In this document: positions 9,813 through 19,240 of the stretch, piece by piece | How positions within the stretch are numbered: position 1 is the first letter of the stretch | Layout of the letters: the number at the start of each line of letters is the position of its first letter | Assembly: GCA_003670455.1 (NCBI GenBank) | Contig: QWRK01000002.1 | Location: 1-50,366, forward strand | Reading direction: 5' to 3' | DNA from: Candidatus Aquidulcis sp. | Lineage (GTDB): Bacteria; Chloroflexota; Limnocylindria; Limnocylindrales; Limnocylindraceae | DNA: 50,366 bases | Notes under the pieces: model-generated | What the model was told of the DNA's origin: nothing | Database searches by the model: none | The model's input: only the letters and a program-made list of their open reading frames with translations | Made by a program: the position numbers and the translations under genes

Positions 9813-11023
9813 AGCACGCCTCACTCCCAACCCCATCGGACTTTGCCGCTCCTCCCAGCCCCGCGGTACTCGCGGGCTGGCTCGATGCGGATCGTCAGGC
9901 CCGCCCAACCCGCCTAGCAGCACTACGTGAGCGCATGGCTCGCGAAGGGATCGACGCCCTCATGCTCACGAGTCACGCGGATGCTCGATATTTTGCGGGG
10001 ATCTGCTTTGGACCGAACGAGGAGCCGACCTCAGGGTCGAGTGGCTGGCTTCTCATGACTGCTGATGCACTCGGCCTTCTTGTCGACTCGCGCTACATCA
10101 TCCAGGCACAGCGGGAGGCGCCAGATGCGGAACATATTGACTACGGCAGCGACGTGGGTACGGCAATTGCGACATGGCTGCACAACCACGGCGCACGTCA
10201 GCTCGGACTCGACGCTCAAGAGGTGCGCCACGCCGTCTGGGAGCGCATTACAGAGGCGGTGCCCGAAGTAGAACTCCGCAGCGTCCGCGGGTGGGGGAGA
10301 GCACTTCGAGCGGTGAAAGAGGCGTCAGAGATTGAGCGCATCGCGGCAGCGTGTGCTGTTGCCGATCGGGCACTCGCGGGGATCCTTGAACAGATTCGCC
10401 CTGGCGTGACAGAGTCCGCGCTTGCCTGGTCATTGGAGCGTGCCATGCGCGAAGGGGGTGCTGAGGCGCTCGCCTTTGATGTTGCTGCGCTTGCCGGCGG
10501 CAATGCTGCACTGCCGCACGGAAATCCAGGCACACGTGAACTCCGTGCTGGAGAGGTCATCCTCTTCGACTTCGGCGCACAGGTAGCGGGCTATCGCTCG
10601 GATATGACGCGCACGCTCTTTGTGGGCGAGCCCTCATTGGAGCACGCTGCGCTCTATACGGCGGTGCACCGCGGACAGGCGGCCACGATAGATCTATTGC
10701 GATCGGCAGTTGAACAGGGCGGCCCACTCCCTTCTGGTCGGGCCTGCGATGTTGCCACGCGCGCTGCCATGGCCGGATCTCCGCACGTTTACGATCACGG
10801 CCTTGGTCATGGGATTGGCCTCCAGACGCACGAGTCACCCTCACTTTCGCGAGGTGCGACGGATGACGCACTGCCAAGCCCGACCGTCTTTAGCGTTGAG
10901 CCCGGCATCTACGTTCAAGACGAGATCGGTATCCGTATCGAGGATCTCGTGGCAGTCAATACCGCAGCAAAGAGCCTCACGATCCTTACGCGATTCCCCG
11001 CTGAACCCCTAATCGTCGGCTGA
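9809..11023 (+). CDS. M24 family Xaa-Pro aminopeptidase/dipeptidase
   Basis: Creatinase-like N-domain plus pita-bread metal ligands (DFGAQVAGYRSDMTRT, HGLGHGIGLQTHESP, VFSVEPGIY, IRIEDLV). GTG 9809 overlaps the mltG stop as GTGA; the track start at 9782 is an alternative. Confidence 0.88.
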   Translation: MKHASLPTPSDFAAPPSPAVLAGWLDADRQARPTRLAALRERMAREGIDALMLTSHADARYFAGICFGPNEEPTSGSSGWLLMTADALGLLVDSRYIIQAQREAPDAEHIDYGSDVGTAIATWLHNHGARQLGLDAQEVRHAVWERITEAVPEVELRSVRGWGRALRAVKEASEIERIAAACAVADRALAGILEQIRPGVTESALAWSLERAMREGGAEALAFDVAALAGGNAALPHGNPGTRELRAGEVILFDFGAQVAGYRSDMTRTLFVGEPSLEHAALYTAVHRGQAATIDLLRSAVEQGGPLPSGRACDVATRAAMAGSPHVYDHGLGHGIGLQTHESPSLSRGATDDALPSPTVFSVEPGIYVQDEIGIRIEDLVAVNTAAKSLTILTRFPAEPLIVG

Positions 11024-11071
11024 ACGCTAAACTAGTGACAACTGCAGAGACTCTCTGCCAAAGGAGGGCTA

Positions 11072-11629
11072 ATGATCTCGACCGGTGAACTGAAGAAGGG
11101 TGTTGTCATTGAGCTTGAGGGCGACCTCTGGCAGATCCTTGACTATCACCACATCAAGATGGGGCGTGGCTCTGCGCAGGTGCGCATCAAGTTCCGCAAC
11201 GTTCGCAAGCAGTCCATCGTTGAGAAGACCTTCCAGGCAGGCGAGAAGTTCCCTCGCGCCACGATGGAGCGGCGCACGGCACAGTTCCTCTTCTCCGAGG
11301 GCGACGACTACACCTTCATGGATACCGAAACCTACGATCAGTTCGTGATCACTTCTGAGCAGCTCGGTGCCGCGAAGGACTACATCAAGGACGGTCTGCA
11401 GCTTGACCGCGTCAGCTACGAGGGCGAGACACTCGGCGTTGAGCTGCCGATCAACCTTGATCTCACCGTCACCGAGACCGACCCTGGCTTCGCTGGCGAT
11501 ACGGCGACCGGCACGCGCAAGCCGGCGACCCTCGAGACTGGCCTGGTCGTCCAGGTACCGCTCTTCGTTAGCGTGGGTGACGTCATTCGCGTTGATACAC
11601 GAACGGGCGAGTACCAGACGCGCGTCTGA
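11072..11629 (+). CDS. efp: elongation factor P
   Basis: 185 aa with KKGVVIELEGDLWQILDYHHIKMGRGSAQVRIKFRN. AAGGAGGG Shine-Dalgarno upstream of the ATG. Confidence 0.97.
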   Translation: MISTGELKKGVVIELEGDLWQILDYHHIKMGRGSAQVRIKFRNVRKQSIVEKTFQAGEKFPRATMERRTAQFLFSEGDDYTFMDTETYDQFVITSEQLGAAKDYIKDGLQLDRVSYEGETLGVELPINLDLTVTETDPGFAGDTATGTRKPATLETGLVVQVPLFVSVGDVIRVDTRTGEYQTRV

Positions 11630-12897
11630 ACCCGTTTGACGCCCCCGTCGAGGCGCTTAGCGTCTCCGACGTCGCCGCTCGTATCAAGGAGCGCATCAGC
11701 GCCGATCCATCGTTAGCTGATTGTGTCGTTGCTGGCGAGGTGCAGAGTGCCATGCGCAGCTCTGCTGGCCATGAGTACCTCACCCTGCGAGATGAAGAGT
11801 CCACACTTGATGTAGTTCGCTTCCGTGGCGCGATTCGCCCAGGCGAGGAGACGCCAGCGGTCGGCGAGATCGTTGTTGTCCGTGGCCGCATTGATCTCTA
11901 TAGCCCGCGGAGCCGCTATCAACTCGTCGCTACAGCGGTGGAGCGAGCTGGCGGGATGGGCCTGCTCTCTCGCGAACTCGAAGCGCTGAAGCGCACGCTC
12001 CAGGCAGAGGGCCTCTTTGATGCGGCCCGTAAGCGACCGATCCCACACGCACCTCGTGGTATCGGCCTGATCACCTCCACCTCTGGTGCCGTGCTTCACG
12101 ACGTGTTGCGGGTGCTGCGCCGTGAGGCGCCACTTGCACGCCTCGTTGTTGTGCATACCGCGGTGCAGGGCGCTGGTGCCCCCGAAGAGATCGCCAAGGC
12201 GATCGCACGAATTGACGCCTGCGCTGTAAAGGAGCGACGCAGTGGTCGCCCCGACGCGATCAGCGTGCTCCTGCTGGCGCGTGGCGGTGGCTCGAGTGAC
12301 GACCTTGGTGCGTTCAATGTTGAGGGGGTGCTGCGTGCCATCGCCGCCTCTGCAACCCCAATCATCTCCGCGGTCGGTCATGAATCTGATGTGACCCTTG
12401 CCGATCTCGTGGCGGATCTGCGCGCCGGCACACCGAGCATCGGTGCCGCCGCACTCTCGAGCGATCTACTGCAGTCTCGGCATGATGTCGCGCGCCTGCG
12501 AGATCGCGGCGGTCGCGCGCTGTCGTTTGCCATTGACCGAGCCGAACGCCGCCTGCAAGCAGTGGCGCGTGCCCTTGACGATGTCGGCCCGCTCGACCGC
12601 ATTGAACGGGCCGGAGAGCGCGTTGCGCAGCTCTCCGATGACCTGGCGCGTGCCGCCCTCGCACGCGTGCAGGGGGCAACGAGTGCGCTCGGAGAGCTGA
12701 ACCTGCTGCTCGGCGCCCTCTCGCCCCAGCGGGTTCTCGCACGTGGCTACGCGATTGTGGCGGGGGATGGGGGAAGGGCGGTACGCTCTTGGCGAGATGC
12801 CCCTGTTGGGACGTCACTACACATCCGCCTGGCGCAGGGTGCCGTGCGGGCGACCGTGACAGAGCGAGCGAAGGAGGCGACCGATGGCGAAGCGTAA
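11626..12897 (+). CDS. xseA: exodeoxyribonuclease VII large subunit (start codon uncertain; CTG 11626 proposed)
   Basis: OB-fold N-terminus LSVSDVAARIKERI...VVAGEVQS...SGHEYLTLRDE, GLITSTSGAVLHDV, RGGGSSDDL, SAVGHESDVTLADLVADLRAGTPS. Conserved N-terminal residues lie upstream of the first GTG (11740). That stretch has no ATG/GTG/TTG. Confidence 0.85.
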   Translation: MNPFDAPVEALSVSDVAARIKERISADPSLADCVVAGEVQSAMRSSAGHEYLTLRDEESTLDVVRFRGAIRPGEETPAVGEIVVVRGRIDLYSPRSRYQLVATAVERAGGMGLLSRELEALKRTLQAEGLFDAARKRPIPHAPRGIGLITSTSGAVLHDVLRVLRREAPLARLVVVHTAVQGAGAPEEIAKAIARIDACAVKERRSGRPDAISVLLLARGGGSSDDLGAFNVEGVLRAIAASATPIISAVGHESDVTLADLVADLRAGTPSIGAAALSSDLLQSRHDVARLRDRGGRALSFAIDRAERRLQAVARALDDVGPLDRIERAGERVAQLSDDLARAALARVQGATSALGELNLLLGALSPQRVLARGYAIVAGDGGRAVRSWRDAPVGTSLHIRLAQGAVRATVTERAKEATDGEA

Positions 12898-13171
12898 GGT
12901 CACCCCAGCGCGCGCCACACGTCATGCGGGATCAAACGACGCGCTTCCGGCAACCTTCGAGGCGACCGTTGCGGAACTCCGTTCCATCGTGGATGATCTC
13001 GAGACTCAGGATGCGGATCTCGAGGCTGCAGTCGGGCAGTACGAACGGGGCGTGACGCTCCAAAAGCACGCTGAGTCGCAGCTGCAGGCGGCACGTCTGC
13101 GAGTTGAAGAGTTGCTCCCTGATGGATCAACGGCACTAACTGATGACGAAGAGGAGGACGAGGATGCCTGA
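12884..13171 (+). CDS. xseB: exodeoxyribonuclease VII small subunit
   Basis: 95 aa. FEATVAELRSIVDDLE...LEAAVGQYERGVTLQKHAESQL is the typical XseB helix pair. Overlaps the xseA 3' end. Confidence 0.9.
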   Translation: MAKRKVTPARATRHAGSNDALPATFEATVAELRSIVDDLETQDADLEAAVGQYERGVTLQKHAESQLQAARLRVEELLPDGSTALTDDEEEDEDA

Positions 13172-15134
13172 CGAAGGAGTCGCACTGCGCGCTGTTGGCG
13201 CCGACTCGTTGCTTGCTCGCCTCGACGGCCCCGCCGGCCTCAAGGCGCTCTCCAGTGCAGAGCTCGACCAGATCGCAGAGCAGCTCCGGACCGCGATCAT
13301 CGCGACAACCGCCGTTACAGGTGGACACCTTGGACCGAGCCTCGGCGTTGTCGAGCTAACGGTTGCGCTTCATCGCGTAATGAACTCGCCGGTAGACCGC
13401 ATCGTCTTTGACACTGGACACCAGGCGTACCCACATAAGCTGCTGACGGGCCGCCTTGCGCGATTCGGTACGCTCCGCCAGCTCGGTGGCATCGGTGGCT
13501 TCCCGCGACGCACTGAATCACCGCACGACGTTTTTGACGGTGGGCATGCGGGCACCGGAATTTCAATCGGCCAAGGGCTGGCGCTGGCCCGCGATGTCCG
13601 CGGGAGCGACGAGAAGGTTGCTGTCGTCGTTGGCGACGCGGCGCTGATGAGCGGCCTCAGCCTTGAGGCACTCAACGATATTGGCGATCGCGGCACACCG
13701 CTGCTGATCGTGCTTAACGACAACGAGATGTCGATCTCGCCAACGGTCGGGGCGATCTCCACCTATCTCTCAAAGGTGAAGCTCTCGGGGCGTTGGCGCG
13801 AGAGCAAGAGCTGGTACGACCGCACCATCTCGCGCGTGCCGCTCGTTGGCACCCAACTTGCTGCATGGTCGAAGAGCTTGCGTCGCTCCGTCGTCTCCCT
13901 GGTGCAGGAGCCAGGGCGCCTCTTTGAAGACCTCGGCATCACCTATGTCGGCGTGCTTGATGGGCACAACCGAGCGCAACTTGAAGCGGCGTTCGCGAAG
14001 GCCTTCACCATGAACGGGCCCGTGATCGTGCATGTGCGCACGCAGAAGGGTCGCGGCTATCGCCCGGCTGAAGTCGATCCGATCACCTTCCACGGCGCAG
14101 CACTCCCCAAGGTTCCGGTTGGCGCTACCGATAGCTACGGCAAGGCGGGTGCTGATCCGATCGCGACGCCGGCCAAGGTGCCGAACTACACCTCCTTCTT
14201 CGCGGCCGAGGTGGTTGCCGCGGCTGCGACTGATCGACGCATTGTGGCCATTACGGCTGGAATGCCGACGGGAACTGGGCTCGACAAGTTCGCCACGGCC
14301 TATCCAGATCGCTTCTACGACGTTGGCATCGCCGAGCAGCACGCCGTTGCTGCCGCGACCGGTATCGCTATGGGTGGCGGTCGACCAGTCGTTGCGATCT
14401 ATTCAACATTCCTGCAGCGCGCGTGGGACCAGATCGTGCATGATGTCTGCCAGAACGATCAGCCAGTGCTCATTGGTGTTGACCGTGCCGGCCTGGTTGG
14501 CGAAGACGGGACCAGCCATCAGGGGATGTTCATGCTCACCGCCCAACGACAGATCCCACGACTCCTGATCGCTTCGCCGAAGGATGAGCAGCAGCTTCGC
14601 TCGTTGGTTCGCACCGCGCTGGCCCAGGATCATCCATTCGCCCTGCACTACCCACGCGACAGCGTGGTGGGCGTGCCAGAGGTAGCACCAACGATCCTCC
14701 CTGTTGGCGTTTCAGAGGTGTTGGAGGAGGGGAACCAGATCGCCATCTTCGCCTTTGGCCCAATCATTCAGCGAGTTGCCCCAATCGCCGCGCGTCTGCG
14801 CGCCGAGGGCATCTCTGTTGCACTGGTAAACGCCATCTGGGCGAGCCCTCTCGATCACACCACGGTGCGTCGCTACGGTGAGAGCGCTGACTTGATCGTG
14901 ACGGTTGAAGAGAGCGTTGAGGCTGGTGGCTTTGGTGGTGCGGTCGTGGAGTCGTTGGCGGCGCACGAGGCGGCCACTGGGCGACGTGTGAAGGCCTCCA
15001 TCGCCACGATCGGCATCCCCGCCGGCAGCTTTGTTGACCACGGCAGCGTCTCAGATCTCCGCACGCTGATCGGCCTCGACGAAGCTGGGATTGAGCGCCG
15101 CATCCGAGCCGCCTGGAGCGCACGCAACCAGTAA
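13164..15134 (+). CDS. dxs: 1-deoxy-D-xylulose-5-phosphate synthase
   Basis: GGHLGPSLGVVELTVALH, DTGHQAYPHKLLTGR, GHAGTGISIGQG, VVGDAALMSG, IAEQHAV. ATG 13164 overlaps the xseB end; the track start 13143 is an alternative. Confidence 0.95.
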   Translation: MPDEGVALRAVGADSLLARLDGPAGLKALSSAELDQIAEQLRTAIIATTAVTGGHLGPSLGVVELTVALHRVMNSPVDRIVFDTGHQAYPHKLLTGRLARFGTLRQLGGIGGFPRRTESPHDVFDGGHAGTGISIGQGLALARDVRGSDEKVAVVVGDAALMSGLSLEALNDIGDRGTPLLIVLNDNEMSISPTVGAISTYLSKVKLSGRWRESKSWYDRTISRVPLVGTQLAAWSKSLRRSVVSLVQEPGRLFEDLGITYVGVLDGHNRAQLEAAFAKAFTMNGPVIVHVRTQKGRGYRPAEVDPITFHGAALPKVPVGATDSYGKAGADPIATPAKVPNYTSFFAAEVVAAAATDRRIVAITAGMPTGTGLDKFATAYPDRFYDVGIAEQHAVAAATGIAMGGGRPVVAIYSTFLQRAWDQIVHDVCQNDQPVLIGVDRAGLVGEDGTSHQGMFMLTAQRQIPRLLIASPKDEQQLRSLVRTALAQDHPFALHYPRDSVVGVPEVAPTILPVGVSEVLEEGNQIAIFAFGPIIQRVAPIAARLRAEGISVALVNAIWASPLDHTTVRRYGESADLIVTVEESVEAGGFGGAVVESLAAHEAATGRRVKASIATIGIPAGSFVDHGSVSDLRTLIGLDEAGIERRIRAAWSARNQ

Positions 15135-15209
15135 TACCCACCACTCGCCGTGCCCCGCAGCCCCCTGCAGGGAACGCGAACGCTGATTCCCATGTGCGAT
15201 GATGTGGGC

Positions 15210-16043
15210 ATGCGCCGCTTCGGTTTTGTCTATAACCCGACGAATGACCTCGCCCAAGAGGCGTGGGACGAGGCTGCCGGTTGGTGCGCCGCGAATGGTG
15301 TTGAGTGCTGGGGCCATGCCGCCGAAGAGGTTGCCGCCGTACGGTCAGCACTCCCTGGTACCGAAGTCCTCATCTCATTCGGAGGCGATGGCACCTTCCT
15401 GCGCGCCGCCTCTGCCGTCGCTGGTACTGCCACCCCGCTACTCGGCGTGAACCTTGGCAAGATCGGGTTTCTTGCCCGTGCTGAAGCGTTCCAGGTTGAG
15501 GCGACCCTTGATGCACTCCACGCTCATCGTTGGACGACGCAGCCACGTATGGCACTCCGCGCGACGATCCACCATGGTGACGGTCGCACCGAGCAGCTCG
15601 ACGCGCTGAACGACGTAGTGGTTGCTCGCGGGCGCCTGCCACGCGTCCTGCGACTCGACGTCGCCGTAGGAGAGAGCCACCTGGCCACCTATATCGCTGA
15701 CGGCGTGATCGTCTCTTCGCCCACTGGCTCAACCGGCTACTCGTTCTCGGCCGGCGGCCCGATCCTTGAGCCGACGAGTCGGAATCTCATCGTGACGCCA
15801 ATTGCCGCCTACCTTGCGACGCTGCGCTCCGTCACCGTCTCTGCAACACAAACCGTGACCTGCACGATCGTGCAGGGCGAGGATGCGGTGGTCTCCATTG
15901 ATGGTTGGATCGATCAGCCACTCAAGATTGGCGATCGTGTCTCCGTGACCGAAGCAGAGCAGCCAATCAACTTCGTCGAGCTGCAGGGCGCCGCCCCATT
16001 CTGGGATCTGGTCCGCCAGAAGGTCGACCTCCTCCCACGGTGA
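15210..16043 (+). CDS. nadK: NAD+ kinase
   Basis: MRRFGFVYNP start, GGDGTFLRA motif and STGYSFSAGGPI. Earlier in-frame ATGs at 15150 and 15192 are possible. Confidence 0.9.
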   Translation: MRRFGFVYNPTNDLAQEAWDEAAGWCAANGVECWGHAAEEVAAVRSALPGTEVLISFGGDGTFLRAASAVAGTATPLLGVNLGKIGFLARAEAFQVEATLDALHAHRWTTQPRMALRATIHHGDGRTEQLDALNDVVVARGRLPRVLRLDVAVGESHLATYIADGVIVSSPTGSTGYSFSAGGPILEPTSRNLIVTPIAAYLATLRSVTVSATQTVTCTIVQGEDAVVSIDGWIDQPLKIGDRVSVTEAEQPINFVELQGAAPFWDLVRQKVDLLPR

Positions 16044-17716
16044 GTGCGCCGAAGGGTTCGCACATCCGCGAGCTTGGCGTGGCGGGCCTCGCGATCATCG
16101 ATGCGGTTCGCGTTGAGTTTGGTCTCGGCCTCACGGTGCTCACTGGCGAGACAGGCGCCGGAAAGTCACTTCTCGTTGATGCGCTTGCACTCGCGCGCGG
16201 TGGTCGCGGGGATTCAGGAGCGGTGCGGGCCGGATCTGATCGTCTCCGTGTAGATCTGCAGATTTCATCGCAGGGCCGCGACCAGATTGCGGTGCGTGAG
16301 GTGTACGCCGAGGGTCGCTCCGTTGCCCGCATCGACGACGAACTCGTGACGATCGGTCGCCTCGCCGGCGAGATCGGCCCGCTCATTGATATTCACGGTC
16401 AACATGACCAGCAGCGCCTCGGTGATCCAGCACGACAGCGCGAACTACTCGACCGCTGGTCAAAAGCCGAAGGGCACCGTGCTGAGGTTGCCAGCCTGAT
16501 TCAGCAACGCGGCGCCCTGCATGAAGAGCTGCAAGGGCTTGGGGGCGATGACGCGCGTCGTCTTGCCCTTTTAGAGGTTGCGCGCACAGAGCGAGACGAC
16601 CTCGAAGCCGCCGACGTGCGCGAGGGCGAAGAAGCCGAGCTCAAGGAGGAGTTGCGCCGTGCTTCAAACAGCGAGCGAATCTCTGCCCTGCAAGACGAAC
16701 TTCGAGAGGCGTTGAACGAGGATCGCAGCGGTCTGCGCGCGCGTGCGGCGAGTGCCGAGCGAATCGCGCGGGAACTAGCGCGCCTCGATGGCGATGCCAC
16801 AACGCTGCAAGAGCGGGTGAGCGCACTCTCTATTGAGATTGATGACCTTGGCCGTGAGGCTGCTGGACTCACACCCTTCGCCGGAGGATCGCGCAGCCTC
16901 GGTGAGCTTGAAGACCGGCTGGCGCTCCTGCTGGCGCTGCAGCGACGCTTCCGTACGGACGAGGCGGGCCTCCTTGTGGCGCTGACACGTGCGCGCGAAG
17001 AGGTAGAGCGTCTTGATGGAGCAGAGGAGCGCCGGACTGCGATTACCCAGCAGCTCACTGCGCTCAACGCACGCATCGGCGAGGCCGCCACTGCGCTCCG
17101 AACCGTGCGACGTGCCGGCGCCGCCACGCTGACATCAGCGGTAAACGCGGCACTGACGGCGCTTGATCTCCCTCCAACGTTTGCGATTCCACTGGCCCCG
17201 CGCGGCGGCACAGATGGTGACCCACTCGTTGAGGGGGTGCCCTGCGCCGTTGATCAGGGCGGCGGAGACGACGTCTCGTTCATGTTCGCCCCGAATGCGG
17301 GCGAGCCAGCCGGACCGCTCGCCAAGATTGCCTCAGGCGGCGAGTTGAGTCGCGTCTCTCTCGCCATTGAGGAGGCGCTCAGCGACGCAAGCGAGGCGCG
17401 CACCTTGGTCTTTGATGAGATTGATGCTGGGCTCGGTGGGCGAGCGGGGGAGACTCTCGGTCGAAGCCTGCGCCGCATCTCCGCGCAGCACCAGGTCCTC
17501 TGCGTCACGCACCTGCCGCAGGTGGCGGCGCAGGCCGATATTCACTTGCGCGTCTCTAAGCGAGAGGTGGACGGTCGGACCCTGACACAGGTGCAGCGCC
17601 TCACCGACGAGGAGCGGGTGGTAGAACTCGCCGCAATGTTAGCCGGCGAAGGGGCTGGCAGCGGCGCGACTGCCGCCGCCAACGAACTCTTGGCCAACGC
17701 ACGTCGCGGCCGCTAA
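16040..17716 (+). CDS. recN: DNA repair protein RecN
   Basis: LTVLTGETGAGKSLLVDAL Walker A, long coiled-coil middle, ASGGELSRVSLAI signature and LVFDEIDAGLGG Walker B. GTG 16040 overlaps the nadK stop as GTGA. Confidence 0.93.
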   Translation: MSAPKGSHIRELGVAGLAIIDAVRVEFGLGLTVLTGETGAGKSLLVDALALARGGRGDSGAVRAGSDRLRVDLQISSQGRDQIAVREVYAEGRSVARIDDELVTIGRLAGEIGPLIDIHGQHDQQRLGDPARQRELLDRWSKAEGHRAEVASLIQQRGALHEELQGLGGDDARRLALLEVARTERDDLEAADVREGEEAELKEELRRASNSERISALQDELREALNEDRSGLRARAASAERIARELARLDGDATTLQERVSALSIEIDDLGREAAGLTPFAGGSRSLGELEDRLALLLALQRRFRTDEAGLLVALTRAREEVERLDGAEERRTAITQQLTALNARIGEAATALRTVRRAGAATLTSAVNAALTALDLPPTFAIPLAPRGGTDGDPLVEGVPCAVDQGGGDDVSFMFAPNAGEPAGPLAKIASGGELSRVSLAIEEALSDASEARTLVFDEIDAGLGGRAGETLGRSLRRISAQHQVLCVTHLPQVAAQADIHLRVSKREVDGRTLTQVQRLTDEERVVELAAMLAGEGAGSGATAAANELLANARRGR

Positions 17717-18654
17717 TGCCCACGGCGTCACGGGGCGAGATTGATCGCCTGATTGACTCCTGCATTCTCTATCTCGGAGTAGAACGAAACCTCGCGCCTC
17801 GCACCCTTGCCGCCTACCGTGGGGACTATCAATCGTTTGCGGAGTCGCTCGGTGCAAGCGGTGCCTGGAAGACCTCAGCCAAGGCGGCTCAGGAGTGGAT
17901 CGCCCAGCCCGGCAACGCTCTCTCCACCATGCGGCGACGCGCTGCAGCACTGCGCGTTCTCTACCGATTCGCTGAGGGCGAAGGGATCATCGCGCGCTCG
18001 ATCAGTGATGAGATCGATCTCCCACGGTCGCGGCGCACACTCCCAACGGTGTTGGGCGTAGAAGAGGTTGAACGACTACTGACCGCGCTCGGCACTCCCA
18101 CCGATGAGAGCGACTTCTCACGCGCAAACGCGGCGCGCAACCGCGCACTCGGTGAGCTTCTCTATGGTTCGGGTGGCCGCGTGAGCGAGATCGTTGACCT
18201 TGACCTCGACTCCGTGGATCTAGACGACGGGTCAGTCCGGCTCTTCGGTAAAGGTCGACGGGAGCGCATCGTCCCCATCGGTGAGCCGGCGCTGGATGCG
18301 ATTCAGGGCTACCTCGGTCACTGGCGCGAGATTCATCAAGGGGCACCGAGCCGTGCGAGCGGGTCCGCCCCAGAGCCGAAGGCGCTCCTCTTGGCGCGTG
18401 GTGGCGTGCGGCTCCGGAGGGAGTCGGCCTGGTCGGCGATTCGTGGGGCTGCTGTCACGGCAAGCCTCGGACGCGAGATCCACCCCCATACGTTGCGCCA
18501 CTCATTTGCCACGCACCTCCTTGATGGCGGGGCAGACCTCCGTGTGGTGCAGGAACTCCTCGGGCACGCCGACATCGCAACAACCCAGCTCTACACCCAC
18601 CTTCTTGGGAGCCACGTGCGGGATTCGTATCGGAAGGCCCACCCGAGGGCCTAG
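17716..18654 (+). CDS. xerD: site-specific tyrosine recombinase XerD (XerC/D family)
   Basis: N-terminal SAM-like domain (ERNLAPRTLAAYRGDYQSF). Catalytic RLFGKGRRERIVP, HTLRHSFATHLL, LLGHADIATTQLYTHL. Confidence 0.85.
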   Translation: MPTASRGEIDRLIDSCILYLGVERNLAPRTLAAYRGDYQSFAESLGASGAWKTSAKAAQEWIAQPGNALSTMRRRAAALRVLYRFAEGEGIIARSISDEIDLPRSRRTLPTVLGVEEVERLLTALGTPTDESDFSRANAARNRALGELLYGSGGRVSEIVDLDLDSVDLDDGSVRLFGKGRRERIVPIGEPALDAIQGYLGHWREIHQGAPSRASGSAPEPKALLLARGGVRLRRESAWSAIRGAAVTASLGREIHPHTLRHSFATHLLDGGADLRVVQELLGHADIATTQLYTHLLGSHVRDSYRKAHPRA

Positions 18655-18682
18655 GCAGCCCGCGAGGCGGTAGGATTCGGGT

Positions 18683-19240
18683 GTGAATTTTGCGACCCGT
18701 GCCCATCGACTCCTGCAGGTGCTGTCGCACGTTCAGGCGGTCAGCCGTCAGCAGGTAGCCCGCCTCGGCGCTGCTACCCCTGTCAGTGCAGAAGGCGACG
18801 CGCACCTTCGGGCGCTGCGGGCGACACCGCGAGCGCGACGTGCCTTTGCCGCTGCGCACCCCGCCGACCAAGCCTCTGCCACGCGCATCGCAGCCAGCCT
18901 TCGCCGTTTTGGCGCCAAGCCTGATGACCAACTTGCAGCGCTTCTTCACGATCTTCCCAAGGGGCAGGTGGGCCTGATTCCGCGTGTGCTCCATGTGCTT
19001 GAGGGCTCACCGGTCACGGGACGGGCACGCGGCCTCTTCGCAGGTGCGCGACAAACGCTGCGCCTCCACGCTGCGGCTGCGCCAACACTTGCTGCGAAGC
19101 TCGGCGCCCCGCGGGGCACCATCGCGATCTTGCGAGAGTTGGCACGCCAGGAGTCGCGGTCCTCGTCTCGACAGAAGCCCACTGGAATTGACGCGCGCGT
19201 CCGTCTCCTTCTTGACCTCGATAGCGGAGTGACGCGATGA
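18683..19240 (+). CDS. hypothetical protein, possible degenerate HD-domain
   Basis: 185-aa Arg/Ala-rich ORF with GC3-biased codons like its neighbours. AAH-x28-LLHDLPKG resembles an H...HD phosphohydrolase motif. ATGA-coupled to scpA downstream. Confidence 0.35.
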   Translation: MNFATRAHRLLQVLSHVQAVSRQQVARLGAATPVSAEGDAHLRALRATPRARRAFAAAHPADQASATRIAASLRRFGAKPDDQLAALLHDLPKGQVGLIPRVLHVLEGSPVTGRARGLFAGARQTLRLHAAAAPTLAAKLGAPRGTIAILRELARQESRSSSRQKPTGIDARVRLLLDLDSGVTR

